From contig JBBRNJ010000001.1 of NCBI GenBank assembly GCA_038230375.1, forward strand, positions 128,001-192,000: a DNA stretch of 64,000 nucleotides, read 5' to 3'. The notes below the pieces were generated by a model. The model was not told the DNA's origin and made no database searches. It saw only the letters and a list, made by a program, of their open reading frames with translations. This stretch comes from Polyangiales bacterium. Lineage in GTDB: Bacteria; Myxococcota_A; Polyangia; Polyangiales; Polyangiaceae. The translations under genes were made by a program, and so were the position numbers. Below are positions 1 through 10,059 of the stretch, piece after piece. Each line of letters begins with the position of its first letter. The stretch's first letter is position 1.

Positions 1-180
1 CCCGCTGGCCTCGTCTTCGACAGCCGCATCTACGCGCCGCTGGCCGAGGTCGCGCCGATCCTGGCCACGGACTCCGCGGTGACAGGCATGCAGCACATGC
101 CCGTGGTCCGCGACTTCATGCTGGTGAACCCGGGCGCGGATTCCGGCGCCGATGCCGCGGACGACGCGGACGGGCTATGA
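1..180 (+). CDS. 3' end of a hypothetical protein (partial, runs off window start)
   Basis: Frame 1 is open from base 1 to TGA at 178-180 (PAGLVFDSRIYAPLAEV...DDADGL*) with GC3-rich codons. Confidence 0.55.
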   Translation, partial: PAGLVFDSRIYAPLAEVAPILATDSAVTGMQHMPVVRDFMLVNPGADSGADAADDADGL

Positions 181-189
181 TGTAGCGAG

Positions 190-1314
190 ATGCGTAGACG
201 TGCGTTCCTTTCGCTGCTCGCCTCGGGTGTAGCGCTCCGGGGGCTCGCGCACGCAGACGACACGAGCGATGGAGGCGATGCGCGCGTGGGCTCGCTGCTC
301 GCACAGGCGCTCGCGGGGCTTGGGGGGCCGGGCGCAGCGGGCGCAGTGGTGGTGAATGGAAAGGTCCTGGCGCGCGCCGCGTTCGGCACGCACGTGATTG
401 CGGGCGCCGGCCGCGCGCGCGATCACGTGACCATGGACTCGGTCTTCCGGATCGCGTCCATCACGAAGGTGCTGACTGGCATGGCGCTCCTTCGCCTGAG
501 AGACGACGGGCAGCTCGCGCTCGGTGATCCGCTTTCGAAGTTCTTGCCCGAGGCGGCGTCACTCACGGGTCCCACCGGCAAGCCCGTGCAGGTGACCCTG
601 CGCCAGCTGGTCACGCACACCTCCGGTCTGCCGCGCAGCGTTCCGAACGACATCAGCGAGGCGGGCCTGCGCACGCTCCTCTCGCGCACGCGCACCATCA
701 CCGAGCCCGGCACGCACACCGCGTACTCGAATTTCGCCGCGGGTCTGGTGGGTCTCTGCGTGGGCAAGCTGGCCGGACGCCCCTACCGCGACCACGTGAA
801 GGACACGATCTGCACGCCGCTCGGAATGAGCCGCGTTGCATGGAGCACGAACGACATCCCCGCGGCGACGCTCGCGACAGGACACGAATGGAAGAGCGAC
901 GTGGACGGACACGTGACGCTGGTCCCCGCGAAGGCCGAATGGAAGATGGGCGCCGCCGAGGCGTTCGGGGGCATGTACGCGTCCGCAGAGGACATGCTGA
1001 AGCTGCTCGCGTTCCAGCTCTCGGCGTATGGTGATCTCCCTGAGAGCCCGGTGCTCGCGCGCCGCTCCATCATCGAGTCCCACACGCGACTGGCCACGGG
1101 TCAGCCGGAGGCGGAGCAGCACGGCGTGTTCTTCTGGCTCGGCACCGGCGACGAAGAGCTGGTCTGGCACAGCGGCGCCACGGACGAATACTCGGGCTCC
1201 ATGGTGCTCTGGCCGAAGAAGCGCGCCGGCGCGGTCATCCTTCAGAACCACGCCGACGTGAACGGCGTTGAGCGCGCGACGAAGCGGCTCGTGCGCGCCG
1301 CGCTACAGACGTGA
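190..1314 (+). CDS. Serine hydrolase, beta-lactamase class C/AmpC-like family, Tat-exported
   Basis: FRIASITK (SxxK), LVTHTSGL, YSN and HSG motifs; MRRRAFL twin-arginine signal. Confidence 0.9.
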   Translation: MRRRAFLSLLASGVALRGLAHADDTSDGGDARVGSLLAQALAGLGGPGAAGAVVVNGKVLARAAFGTHVIAGAGRARDHVTMDSVFRIASITKVLTGMALLRLRDDGQLALGDPLSKFLPEAASLTGPTGKPVQVTLRQLVTHTSGLPRSVPNDISEAGLRTLLSRTRTITEPGTHTAYSNFAAGLVGLCVGKLAGRPYRDHVKDTICTPLGMSRVAWSTNDIPAATLATGHEWKSDVDGHVTLVPAKAEWKMGAAEAFGGMYASAEDMLKLLAFQLSAYGDLPESPVLARRSIIESHTRLATGQPEAEQHGVFFWLGTGDEELVWHSGATDEYSGSMVLWPKKRAGAVILQNHADVNGVERATKRLVRAALQT

Positions 1315-1316
1315 CG

Positions 1317-3662
1317 CTACAAACAGAGGGACACGCCCTGCGTCTCCTTGCAGGTGCCCACCTTGCATGGAGAGGTCGCGCTGCAGGTCTGAAAGCAGTG
1401 TTCGAGCGCGCCGGCGTGACGCCAACCCGGCAAGCACTTCGGCGCCACGAACGGATCGCCAGCCTCGCATCGGAGCAGCTTCTCGCAGTCGCTGCCGTAG
1501 GTGCGCAAGCAGTCCGCGTCTGGCGCCCCGGGAAAGGCCTCGCATGCGGGGCTCTTCGTCACGGTCTCGTGGCACGTGCACGTCTCCTTTGCTCCTGGCG
1601 TGAGGGAGACCTCCGCCTTCTTCGTCTGCGCGGCAGGTTGATCGAAGTCCCACACCGCCATGTGGTCCTTGCGCGACCACCCAAGGGAGGTCGCCTCGCC
1701 CTTTTGCACGATCGTGATCTCTCCGTTTCCGGTCTCCCACGCGATCGACAGGATCGCCGGCTCACCGTCCATCGCGATGGTGGCTGACACGTAGCTGTCC
1801 GTCGTCATGGTCATGCTGTCGCGGCTCGCGCGCACGGCCGTGAGCGACACGGGCCGCGGACCGGCGCCCCCCGCGTGGTACGGATCGGCGACGCCCGGAT
1901 CCTTCTTGCACACGAAGCGAACCCACTCGCGCACGGTGCGGATCGCGCAGTCCAGCGGCGGTTGGTAGTAGGTCTTGTCGAAGAGCGCGGGATGCTCGAA
2001 GCCCACGTGCAGCGCCTTCTGCCATTCGTCCTCGGTGGGGGCGCGCGTGCGACCCGCCGGAAGCGCGAGCGGCTCTTCCTGCGTTGGCGGTGGCGCCTGC
2101 AGTGTTGCAGCGAGCGCGTTCGCGAGCGCGGCGTGACCCTTCGCAGTCATGTGCAGGTCGCCGAGGAGAAACGCGCCCGGCTCGGCCTTCGCAAGCGCGT
2201 CTTTCGGGTCCAGCGCGCTCACGCCCAGATCCGCGGACAGCGCGACAATGTCGTCCGCAAGAATCGCAGTGGACGCGACGTCGATCGGAGGGGTCGTCAC
2301 CCCGTATTTTTCCCACTCGGTCGCGCTCACCTGTACGTCGATCGGAAGCGCGACAACGATCAGCCTGGCGCCATGCGTATCGCAGAGTTCTTTCATCTTC
2401 GTGAGGTGCGGCGCCATCGGCGAGGACTCGCGCGCCTTGCGGACCGGCGCCGAGAGGAGCGCATCCAGTTTGCGCTGCCGCTCGAGTCGCTCCTGGAAGG
2501 ACGCCGCCAGTGCTGTGTCCCCTGCGCCCGCCTTCGACTCTGCCTCCACCTCGCGGCGGATGCGCGCCTCGACCAGGCGCCTCACCTCTGCGCCCGCGAC
2601 CAGCGATGACACGGTGACGTCCCGCCCACGCGAGGCCTCCGACGGGACGAAGTGCGTCTCCAACACCACGATGTCCTCCGGTGAGCCGTGCGCCTTCGCG
2701 TACGCCTGCCCTGCCTGGTCGGCGACCAGGTCCGGGTGCTTCTGGGCGAGGACCTTCTCCACCTCCAGCTGTGAAGCTTGCAGCGCCTCTTCTTGCTTCT
2801 TCTTCTCCGCGGCGAACGTGGTCTCCGCGCTGGAGCCGCCCGCGGAGACCTCGTGCGCGATGACGCCGAGATCCTTCCACGAGCCCTCCGACGAGAACCC
2901 GCTCTGCGTGGAAGCGGTCACGCCCACTCCGCGCAGCGCGAAGAAGAGATGCGAGTCGCGATAGAGGAACGTGCGGCCGGGGAACTGGGCCACGCCCTGC
3001 GGCGCAGTCTCCTTGCGCACGGCCCACCCGTCCCACACGACATGCCGATCCACGTTGCGGCGCGACGCCTCGAAGAGATCGTTCGCGAGGTTCACCACGT
3101 ACACAACGATGAGACCGCGCGGCGTGGCGCTCCGTTCAATTACACCAGGGCGCGAGGCCTTGGCCGGATGACGCGAGGTCAGGAGGCGCTTTGCTACTGC
3201 GGTGTACTCGTCCGGCCCATACGTGGGGACGCCGGCGTTGATGACGGTGCGCCCCGCGATGGTCTTCGAGAGCACCGCGGAGAACGTCTCGTCCTCCTGC
3301 ACGCCCAGACCGAAGACCTGCGAATCGCCCACCACGATGATCTCGTCGTCCGCGGGCGGCGGTAGCCCAGGGCCGCGGAAGCCCTCCGCGCCGATGCGCA
3401 CATCGGTCACTGGATTGCCGTTGAACGCGATCTTCTCCGTGGCGAGCGGGCGCAGGCGGGTGCCCAGCTCAGCGTCGGCTTCGTACACGTTGAGGTGGGG
3501 AAAGGCGCCGTGATCGCGCAGCCGGAAGATCTCCTCCGAGAGGCCCACACCGACCGCGAGACCCAGGACCGCCATCAGCACGCGGCGGCGCCGGCGGGTC
3601 CTTCGCGGTGGAGCCGTTGTCCTGGCAGCGACGCCCTCTTCCTGCGTGCCCTGTCCGTCCAC
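1317..3662 (-). CDS. Membrane-anchored SGNH/GDSL hydrolase (AlgJ/AlgX-like) with coiled-coil insert and Cys-rich C-terminus
   Basis: VVGDSQVFG (block I), NAGVPTYG (II), NLANDL (III), GDLHMT (V); N-terminal TM after an Arg-rich stretch. Confidence 0.75.
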   Translation of the reverse strand: MDGQGTQEEGVAARTTAPPRRTRRRRRVLMAVLGLAVGVGLSEEIFRLRDHGAFPHLNVYEADAELGTRLRPLATEKIAFNGNPVTDVRIGAEGFRGPGLPPPADDEIIVVGDSQVFGLGVQEDETFSAVLSKTIAGRTVINAGVPTYGPDEYTAVAKRLLTSRHPAKASRPGVIERSATPRGLIVVYVVNLANDLFEASRRNVDRHVVWDGWAVRKETAPQGVAQFPGRTFLYRDSHLFFALRGVGVTASTQSGFSSEGSWKDLGVIAHEVSAGGSSAETTFAAEKKKQEEALQASQLEVEKVLAQKHPDLVADQAGQAYAKAHGSPEDIVVLETHFVPSEASRGRDVTVSSLVAGAEVRRLVEARIRREVEAESKAGAGDTALAASFQERLERQRKLDALLSAPVRKARESSPMAPHLTKMKELCDTHGARLIVVALPIDVQVSATEWEKYGVTTPPIDVASTAILADDIVALSADLGVSALDPKDALAKAEPGAFLLGDLHMTAKGHAALANALAATLQAPPPTQEEPLALPAGRTRAPTEDEWQKALHVGFEHPALFDKTYYQPPLDCAIRTVREWVRFVCKKDPGVADPYHAGGAGPRPVSLTAVRASRDSMTMTTDSYVSATIAMDGEPAILSIAWETGNGEITIVQKGEATSLGWSRKDHMAVWDFDQPAAQTKKAEVSLTPGAKETCTCHETVTKSPACEAFPGAPDADCLRTYGSDCEKLLRCEAGDPFVAPKCLPGWRHAGALEHCFQTCSATSPCKVGTCKETQGVSLCL

Positions 3663-3740
3663 GAAGGTCAGTCTACGTCGGTTTGGGGAAATTCCGCATC
3701 AGTGCTCAAGGGTGCGCCGGAACATCCGTTGTTTTGATCC

Positions 3741-5018
3741 ATGAGCGTGCATGGTGCAGCCGCGCGGGTCCTTTTGGAAGACGACGCGCCCGCGCTGCGC
3801 TGTACGCCGGATCGATTTCCGAGAGCGCTCACGCACGGCACGCTCGAGAGCTATGGCGTGGAGCAGATCGTGCTCGGCCTGCGCGCCGGCCATCGCTCGG
3901 GCACCCTGGTCTTTGGAAGCAAGGAAGCGCCCAATGCGGAGGTCGTGTTCGAAGGCGGGCACGTGCGCAAGGTCCGCTCCACGCTGTCGGCATACCTGGG
4001 CGGCGTTCTCTACGAGCTGGGTTACGTCGACCCGGAGACCCTGAATGCGTCGCTCGCAGCGGTCGCACAGCGACGCGTCCCACACGGCGCCGTGCTTCAA
4101 GAGTGCGGCTCCGTACGCCCAGAGCAGCTACGTCTTGGCCTGCTCGAGCAGATGGAGCGTCGCATTGCGGACCTGATCGGCCTCGCCGCCGAGACCGCGT
4201 GGGTGTTTCACGAGGACGTGGATCTCTTGCCGCGCTACGGCGGCGCCGACTGGCCGCTGGTGGATCCGACGGGCGCCGTCTGGCGCGGACTGCGACAGAA
4301 TGCGCGGCTGGATCTGATGCACGGCCTGCTGGCGGCCGCGGGCGATGACCGGTTCATCCTGGTCCAGAACGCGGCGCTCGACACGCTGAAGCTCACAGTC
4401 GAAGAGCGCGCCGTGGCAGAGACGTTCCGCACGCCGCGCAGCGCGAAGAGTCGACCGGCTCCCCTGTCGGCGACCACGATCGCGAGCCTCACGTACATGC
4501 TCCTGGGCGGCGGCTTCCTCCGCCTTGCACCCAAGGTGTCCACGCTGCTCCGGATGGAGCAACGCGAGAGCGTCCGCATCGAGTCGTCACCACACCTTGC
4601 GCTTTCTCGTGTGCGCGCGCTCGCGCAGGCCGGTCGAATGACGGAGGCCCTCTCCGTGGCGCGGGCGAGCGCCGAGCGTTTCCCGGATGCAGTGGAGCTG
4701 CGCGTGGAGGCCGCCTGGATCCTCGCGAACGAGCCGGGCGCGGGCGGGAGGACCTGGGACGAGAGCCAGGTGCGGGCTTTCGATGCGCTGCTCGCGGCGA
4801 ACCCGCGATGCGCAAGCGCCTATTTTTGCCGCTTCAAGCTGCTGCGCCGTCTGGGGCTCGCCGAGGACGCCTTCCGCGACCTCTCGCGCGCGGTGGAAGA
4901 GGATCCGCGCCACATCGACGCAACGCGCGAGCTGCGCCTGATCGAGTCGCGCATGACCAAGGGTCAGACCGTGGACGTCGCAATGCTCTGTCGCGCCTCC
5001 GGCGTACAGCGCAAGTGA
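3741..5018 (+). CDS. DUF4388/PatA-N-like domain protein with C-terminal TPR-like repeats
   Basis: RSGTLVF...VVFEGG...YLGGVLYELG pattern typical of myxobacterial DUF4388 proteins; C-terminal TPR-like AFRDLSRAVEEDPRHIDA. Confidence 0.65.
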   Translation: MSVHGAAARVLLEDDAPALRCTPDRFPRALTHGTLESYGVEQIVLGLRAGHRSGTLVFGSKEAPNAEVVFEGGHVRKVRSTLSAYLGGVLYELGYVDPETLNASLAAVAQRRVPHGAVLQECGSVRPEQLRLGLLEQMERRIADLIGLAAETAWVFHEDVDLLPRYGGADWPLVDPTGAVWRGLRQNARLDLMHGLLAAAGDDRFILVQNAALDTLKLTVEERAVAETFRTPRSAKSRPAPLSATTIASLTYMLLGGGFLRLAPKVSTLLRMEQRESVRIESSPHLALSRVRALAQAGRMTEALSVARASAERFPDAVELRVEAAWILANEPGAGGRTWDESQVRAFDALLAANPRCASAYFCRFKLLRRLGLAEDAFRDLSRAVEEDPRHIDATRELRLIESRMTKGQTVDVAMLCRASGVQRK

Positions 5019-5030
5019 AGGCGCACGGCG

Positions 5031-7619
5031 CTACAGAGCGCCTTCCAGACCAATGCTCGGGATGGTCACGGGACCGATCAGCATCGGCGTGCACGTCTGT
5101 CTGATCTGAAGCGCTTGCCCAGCCGGGTAGCTGCATTTGGCGCTGATGGCCTCCTTCTGGAGTGTCACGTTCATCCACTCGAAGACCAGCGCGAGCCAGG
5201 CGCCCCTCTTCAAGTTCCACTTCTTCTCGAAGCGCGCATCGAAGCGGAAGAAGTCTGGCAGGCGCGTATTGTTGTACGGGGGGATCGGGATGTCGGCGAT
5301 CTGCTGCGAGTACGGCGTGCCCGTGTAATAGACAAAGCGCGAGCCAAAGCGGAAGCCCGCGCCCAGATCGAACGCGCCAATGATGTTCAGCACGTGCGTG
5401 CGATCGTACTCGCCCAGGATTGTCCCCGTGCTTCCACGTCCCTGCGCGGCGAAGACGGCCGACCCGATGTCACTCGTGCCCGTGGGGATCTTGGAGAGAT
5501 CGATGATGTCGCGCGGCGCGTTCGTGGTCCGCGTGGTGCGGCTCAGCGTGTAGGCCAGCCAGCCCGTGAAGCGCTTGGTGAGCGAACGACGGATGAGCAC
5601 CTCCAGCCCATACGTTCGGCCGCGCACGCGCTCGTCCACGCAGTTCCCGGCGACGTTCGAGCCCTGGCATGACGTGATCAGATCCGTGAGCCCCAGGTAG
5701 TCCTGGTTGAACACCGTCGGCGTGAACGTGAACGCCGCGGGCAGCTCGATCTCGAAGCCCTGGCTCAGCGTGTACGCGGACTGGAGACCCGTGCGCAGGC
5801 TTCCGAGCGCAAGGCCGGGCACCGGCACGATGAACGATGGCGGCTGGTGTGTGATCGCCACTTGCTCGATGCTGACGACCTTGGGATGAATGCGAATGCG
5901 CGTCGCGAGTCGTGGATCGAACGAGGGCACGCCGGTGCCGCCGCCAGCGAAGAGCACGTTGCCCGTCGCAGCCGCGACAGCAGAGGTGTCCTGCGCGGAG
6001 CCGAAGTAGTCGAAGCGCGCGCCGGGGACGATCTCGACCCTGGGGTGCGGCTTGTAGATGAAGTCGAACCACACACCCATCGCGAGGTCCCTGCGCGGCG
6101 GAATGAAGCCGTTGCCGGAGCTCGAAGACGATGATGATGACGAGCCCGAGGTGTCCGGCGTGGGGGTGCCGCTCGGGTCCGAGCTGCTCGGAGGCGGCGC
6201 GGTATTGGTGCTGCTGTTGTTCTTGTTGTCGCCCAGCGACGAGACGGCGTACACATCGAGCCACACGTCCGAGCCGGCGCGAAACGTGAGCTCGGGTCCC
6301 AGCTTCTTCGTGAGGTCGAAGCGCGCGCCCACGACGGTGTCATGCACGCCAATGGTGCTTGCGGCGCCGGTGAGGTCGTAGCCGAGCGTGGTCGCGAGTC
6401 GCATCTGCCCGTCCTGGATCTTGTGATCCCAGCGCAGATCGAGCCGATGAAACTGCGTACTGAAGATGTCCTGGAATTTTCCGTCCGATTCCGCGCCCAG
6501 GTAGTCGAAGCTGCCGAACGCGAACATGCTCAAGGTGTCGTCCTTGGTGATGCGATACGCGACGCGCGTCTGGTAGTCCCAGTAATCCAGCCGCACCTTG
6601 TTGCCCGTGACCGCCGCGGCCAGCGTGAGCAGCGCGGCGGTGTAGCTGTAGCGACCCGCGGCGAGCACCGTCACGTTCGGGCCGATCGGCGTCTCCACCA
6701 GAATACCTGCGTCGATGAAGCGCACGTTGCCTTCACCGTGCAGCTCCACCGCGGGCTGCCGTGTCTCGCCGCTCAGGATGCCGCCCGTGTACCTGCCGAA
6801 GCGCGCGGGGAAACCGCCCGGAGAGAAGTCCACGTGGTCGATGAGCCCGGGATGCACCACGCTGGGGCCAAGGCCCAGGTGGAAGAGCAATGGGACACGC
6901 ACTCCATCCAGGAAGTACCCGGTGTTGCCAGGCGGAGCGCCGCGCACGTAGAAGAACGGCAGGCCGCTCAGGATGGGCGTCACGCCAGGCATCGCCTCCA
7001 TCGCGCGAAACGCGTCGCCGAACGCGCCCGGGATCTGGCGGACCTCGCCGCCACCAAGCGTGACCTGCCCGGCCTCCTTGCGAACGCCGGTGACCTCCAC
7101 CTGCTCGAGCACTGACGCACCGCCACCTGGCGCCGTTGTCGCGCCCGGTGCTCCGCCTTCTGCGCCCGCGTCGGCCGTGCCGCCATCGGCCGCGGGCTCC
7201 ACGGCACCTCCGTCTGCGTCCGCGAGCACGGGCCTTGGCGCAGAGAACTCCACGCGTACGCGGATCCTTGCCGCAACGGCGACCTCACCACGATGCGCGG
7301 GCTGGAACTTCCAATCGGCCGCGGCGGCAAGGGCGGCGTCGGCGAACGGCTGCGCGCCGTCCACCACCTTCACCGTGGCGACATCGCCATAGGCATCCAC
7401 GAGCAGCTCGACGACGACGACGGCGTCGCCCGCGCCTCCTTTCGGATAGGGCACCTGCGGCAACACGGTCGCCTTCGGCGGAACCAGCGCTGGGGCCGGA
7501 GGTGGAGCTGGAGGTGTCTGCGCGCTCGCTACCGCATGGAACGCGAGGAGCGCGAACGCGAACGCCAGTGCTGCGGCGAACGCGCGCGCCATTCTGCGCC
7601 AGCACCACGGAGCCGCCAT
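5031..7619 (-). CDS. TonB C-terminal domain fused to a TonB-dependent receptor (myxobacterial MxcH-like architecture)
   Basis: Signal peptide; TonB_C (VVVELLVD...FADAALAAAADWKFQPA); plug (PGAFGDAFRA, VRGAPPGNTGYFLDG, GGFPARFGRYTGG); barrel ending PSIGLEGAL. Start 7619 or 7592. Confidence 0.85.
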   Translation of the reverse strand: MAAPWCWRRMARAFAAALAFAFALLAFHAVASAQTPPAPPPAPALVPPKATVLPQVPYPKGGAGDAVVVVELLVDAYGDVATVKVVDGAQPFADAALAAAADWKFQPAHRGEVAVAARIRVRVEFSAPRPVLADADGGAVEPAADGGTADAGAEGGAPGATTAPGGGASVLEQVEVTGVRKEAGQVTLGGGEVRQIPGAFGDAFRAMEAMPGVTPILSGLPFFYVRGAPPGNTGYFLDGVRVPLLFHLGLGPSVVHPGLIDHVDFSPGGFPARFGRYTGGILSGETRQPAVELHGEGNVRFIDAGILVETPIGPNVTVLAAGRYSYTAALLTLAAAVTGNKVRLDYWDYQTRVAYRITKDDTLSMFAFGSFDYLGAESDGKFQDIFSTQFHRLDLRWDHKIQDGQMRLATTLGYDLTGAASTIGVHDTVVGARFDLTKKLGPELTFRAGSDVWLDVYAVSSLGDNKNNSSTNTAPPPSSSDPSGTPTPDTSGSSSSSSSSSGNGFIPPRRDLAMGVWFDFIYKPHPRVEIVPGARFDYFGSAQDTSAVAAATGNVLFAGGGTGVPSFDPRLATRIRIHPKVVSIEQVAITHQPPSFIVPVPGLALGSLRTGLQSAYTLSQGFEIELPAAFTFTPTVFNQDYLGLTDLITSCQGSNVAGNCVDERVRGRTYGLEVLIRRSLTKRFTGWLAYTLSRTTRTTNAPRDIIDLSKIPTGTSDIGSAVFAAQGRGSTGTILGEYDRTHVLNIIGAFDLGAGFRFGSRFVYYTGTPYSQQIADIPIPPYNNTRLPDFFRFDARFEKKWNLKRGAWLALVFEWMNVTLQKEAISAKCSYPAGQALQIRQTCTPMLIGPVTIPSIGLEGAL

Positions 7620-7623
7620 GGGC

Positions 7624-10059
7624 TCACGGTCGCTTGCCCAGAGGCCTCTGGAGCGCAGCAGGAGGCTTGCCCTTCGTCTTCGGCTTGCCGGCAAGCACAC
7701 GCAGCGCGTCGCTCGTGAGCGGTGGCTCTTTCACGAAGATGATGAGGGCGCTCACGAGCAGATCGAGGTGATACAGCGACGGCTTGGTCGGTGTAAAGTG
7801 CAGGTTAAAGGTGAAGCCAGAGAGGACGTCCGGGGTGAGGTCCTTCGTCTTGCCCAGATAGTGCTCCTCGTCACGCATGCCCGCAGTGTCCACGGCCTCC
7901 TTCGCGAGCTTCTGCGCGGTCGCCTTGTCCTTGCGCTGCACTGCGAGCCAGATCAACCAGCGGCGCGCTCGCTCGCGTGCGGTCTCGTTCTTGTGGGAGC
8001 CCGTCAGGATCTCGGCGAAGGCAAGCTCGCTCTCTTCACGCGGAACGAGGCCCACGTTGAGCGCGGCGACCTGGAGCGGCACGAATGGCCAGTTCTCGTC
8101 GGTCGCGTAGTCGGCGCGGGAGCTCATGGCGCGCCCCATGATCTGGCGTGCGAGATCTTCGCGGCCGCTCGCCGCGTTCGCCGCGGCCAGGTTCACGGCC
8201 GTGCGAATTCGCTCCTGCGCTGGCGCGGTCTCGAGCGCACCAGCATACTGCGATGCGACGCCGGCCCACTGCACGGCATCGCCGGACTGATACGCGGTGA
8301 CGGCGGAAGCATCGGCAGCGAGCACGCGTAGAAACGCCGCATCCGCCTGTGAGTGCTCGGCGACGGCAACGAGATCCTGCGCGCTGGGAAGCTTCTCCGG
8401 CGCGTTCCACTTGGCAGCGATGACCACGCGCTGCGCGAGCAGGTTCGTTTGCAGACGGTCATCCTCGGGGCCGTGAGGCCACGGAAACTCCACCGCCGCA
8501 AGGGCCGTCTCTCTGGTGGGCGTGAGCACGCCGAACGCACGTGCGACCGCCGCGGCCTCCACCGACGTGGGGTACTTCTTGCGGAGCGCCTCGGCCTCTG
8601 GCGCATGCACCGCGAACTGAGCTCGCACGTCGGAGTCAGCGCCGTTCATCACGTCCTGCACGACGCGGATGAGGAGCTCCACCACGTCTGCACGATCTGG
8701 CTGAAAAGCAGCCATTTCGGTGACCATACCGCGCATGCGCTGCATCTCCGCCGTGAACGCGGCAGGGCGATCCTTCTCGTCCACTGCGGCCAGCCGCGAC
8801 GCCAGATCCCAGACCAGCACCTGACCACGAAGACCCACGTCGGCGTCGTAGAAGTCACGGTCCTTGTTCCTGGTCCGCTTCTGGGCTTCCTGCATGAGCC
8901 CAGCGGCGAGACGCACTGACTTGTCCGTTGCCCCGTCCTTCGCGACGACGAGCCGCGCGCGAAGAGCGAGCGGCCGCGCGTCGTCGGGCGCATCGACGGA
9001 GAGCTGCGCGAGCTCCGACTCTGCGCGGTCGTAGAGAGCAAGCCCCAGCAGCCCCTTCGCGTGCGCGACACGCGAGTCCACGTCCTTCTTTCCTTCGAAC
9101 GTGGTCACCAGCTCCACCAGGGTGGCGCGCTCGTCCAAGGTGGCCAGCTGCGCATCCACCACGCGCTGGCGCATGTCCCCGTAGCGCGGATCGGGCAGGT
9201 CACGCGCCGCGCGCGCCTTGGCAAGGTACGTGCGCGCGCACGCGAGCTCCATGTGGTTCAGGCAGAGCGCCGCGGGTGCCACGTAGTCCGATGCAGCCAC
9301 CGCCGCTCCGCGACGCTTGAGCGCCTCCTCGTGCAGCGCCAGGATCCGGGGAAACGGCGCGGGGGCACGCGGGGGATCAGTTCGCGCGTTGTCCAGGTCA
9401 CCCGCGGCGATCTTCAACGCCTCGGCGATCACCAGATCGTCTCCCAGGCGCAGGGCCCGCGCCGTCATCATCATTCCCAGCTTCGCGCCGTCCTTCGCGG
9501 CGGCAGCAAACAGCCGCGCGAGCCCGTTGCGCTGCATCTGCGCTTCCATCTGCGGGCGCAGGATCTCCGGCATGTGAGTCATGTACGTGGCCGCGCCCTG
9601 GATGAGCCCGTAGTAAAACGTGAGCTCCACCGCGGCACGCCCGGCATCCGCCTTCTTCGCGTCGTCCATCGCGATGGGTTCCAGCCCAATGATCGCCTCC
9701 AGCGCTGCGCGTGTGACCGCGTCGTCCAGATTGATGTCGCCCTTCAGGCTCGATGCCTTCGCGAAATCGTCGTGACGTGACGTCGCGAGCCGGAGCTTCT
9801 CTTCCTGGGTCGCGCGCGTGCCCATCGGTCCATCGTCCAGCTCCTTGCGGAGTGCGTCGGGCATGAGCGGCGCAAGCAAGGAGACCGCGCCCGGATCGAT
9901 CTCCTTCGCCACCGCAAGCACGTCCACCCTGTCATCCGTCGCAGGCGTGGGGAGACCAGTGGCTGGACGTACCGCCGGCTTGTCGGGCGGACCACAAGCT
10001 GCCAGAGCGAGGAGAGCCAGGACCGATGTGCTGGCGAAGACGTACGTGCGAAGCTTCAC
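7624..10059 (-). CDS. Large alpha-helical/TPR-like lipoprotein, function unknown
   Basis: Lipobox LALAAC; Ala/Leu-rich helical repeats; GTG start overlaps the upstream TGA (GTGA). Confidence 0.7.
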   Translation of the reverse strand: MKLRTYVFASTSVLALLALAACGPPDKPAVRPATGLPTPATDDRVDVLAVAKEIDPGAVSLLAPLMPDALRKELDDGPMGTRATQEEKLRLATSRHDDFAKASSLKGDINLDDAVTRAALEAIIGLEPIAMDDAKKADAGRAAVELTFYYGLIQGAATYMTHMPEILRPQMEAQMQRNGLARLFAAAAKDGAKLGMMMTARALRLGDDLVIAEALKIAAGDLDNARTDPPRAPAPFPRILALHEEALKRRGAAVAASDYVAPAALCLNHMELACARTYLAKARAARDLPDPRYGDMRQRVVDAQLATLDERATLVELVTTFEGKKDVDSRVAHAKGLLGLALYDRAESELAQLSVDAPDDARPLALRARLVVAKDGATDKSVRLAAGLMQEAQKRTRNKDRDFYDADVGLRGQVLVWDLASRLAAVDEKDRPAAFTAEMQRMRGMVTEMAAFQPDRADVVELLIRVVQDVMNGADSDVRAQFAVHAPEAEALRKKYPTSVEAAAVARAFGVLTPTRETALAAVEFPWPHGPEDDRLQTNLLAQRVVIAAKWNAPEKLPSAQDLVAVAEHSQADAAFLRVLAADASAVTAYQSGDAVQWAGVASQYAGALETAPAQERIRTAVNLAAANAASGREDLARQIMGRAMSSRADYATDENWPFVPLQVAALNVGLVPREESELAFAEILTGSHKNETARERARRWLIWLAVQRKDKATAQKLAKEAVDTAGMRDEEHYLGKTKDLTPDVLSGFTFNLHFTPTKPSLYHLDLLVSALIIFVKEPPLTSDALRVLAGKPKTKGKPPAALQRPLGKRP

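Noticed and set aside
190..1314. Antibiotic-resistance beta-lactamase call for the two serine hydrolases (also 28199-29704)
   Set aside because: SxxK/YxN motifs are shared by esterases and peptidases of this family; nothing here indicates beta-lactam hydrolysis
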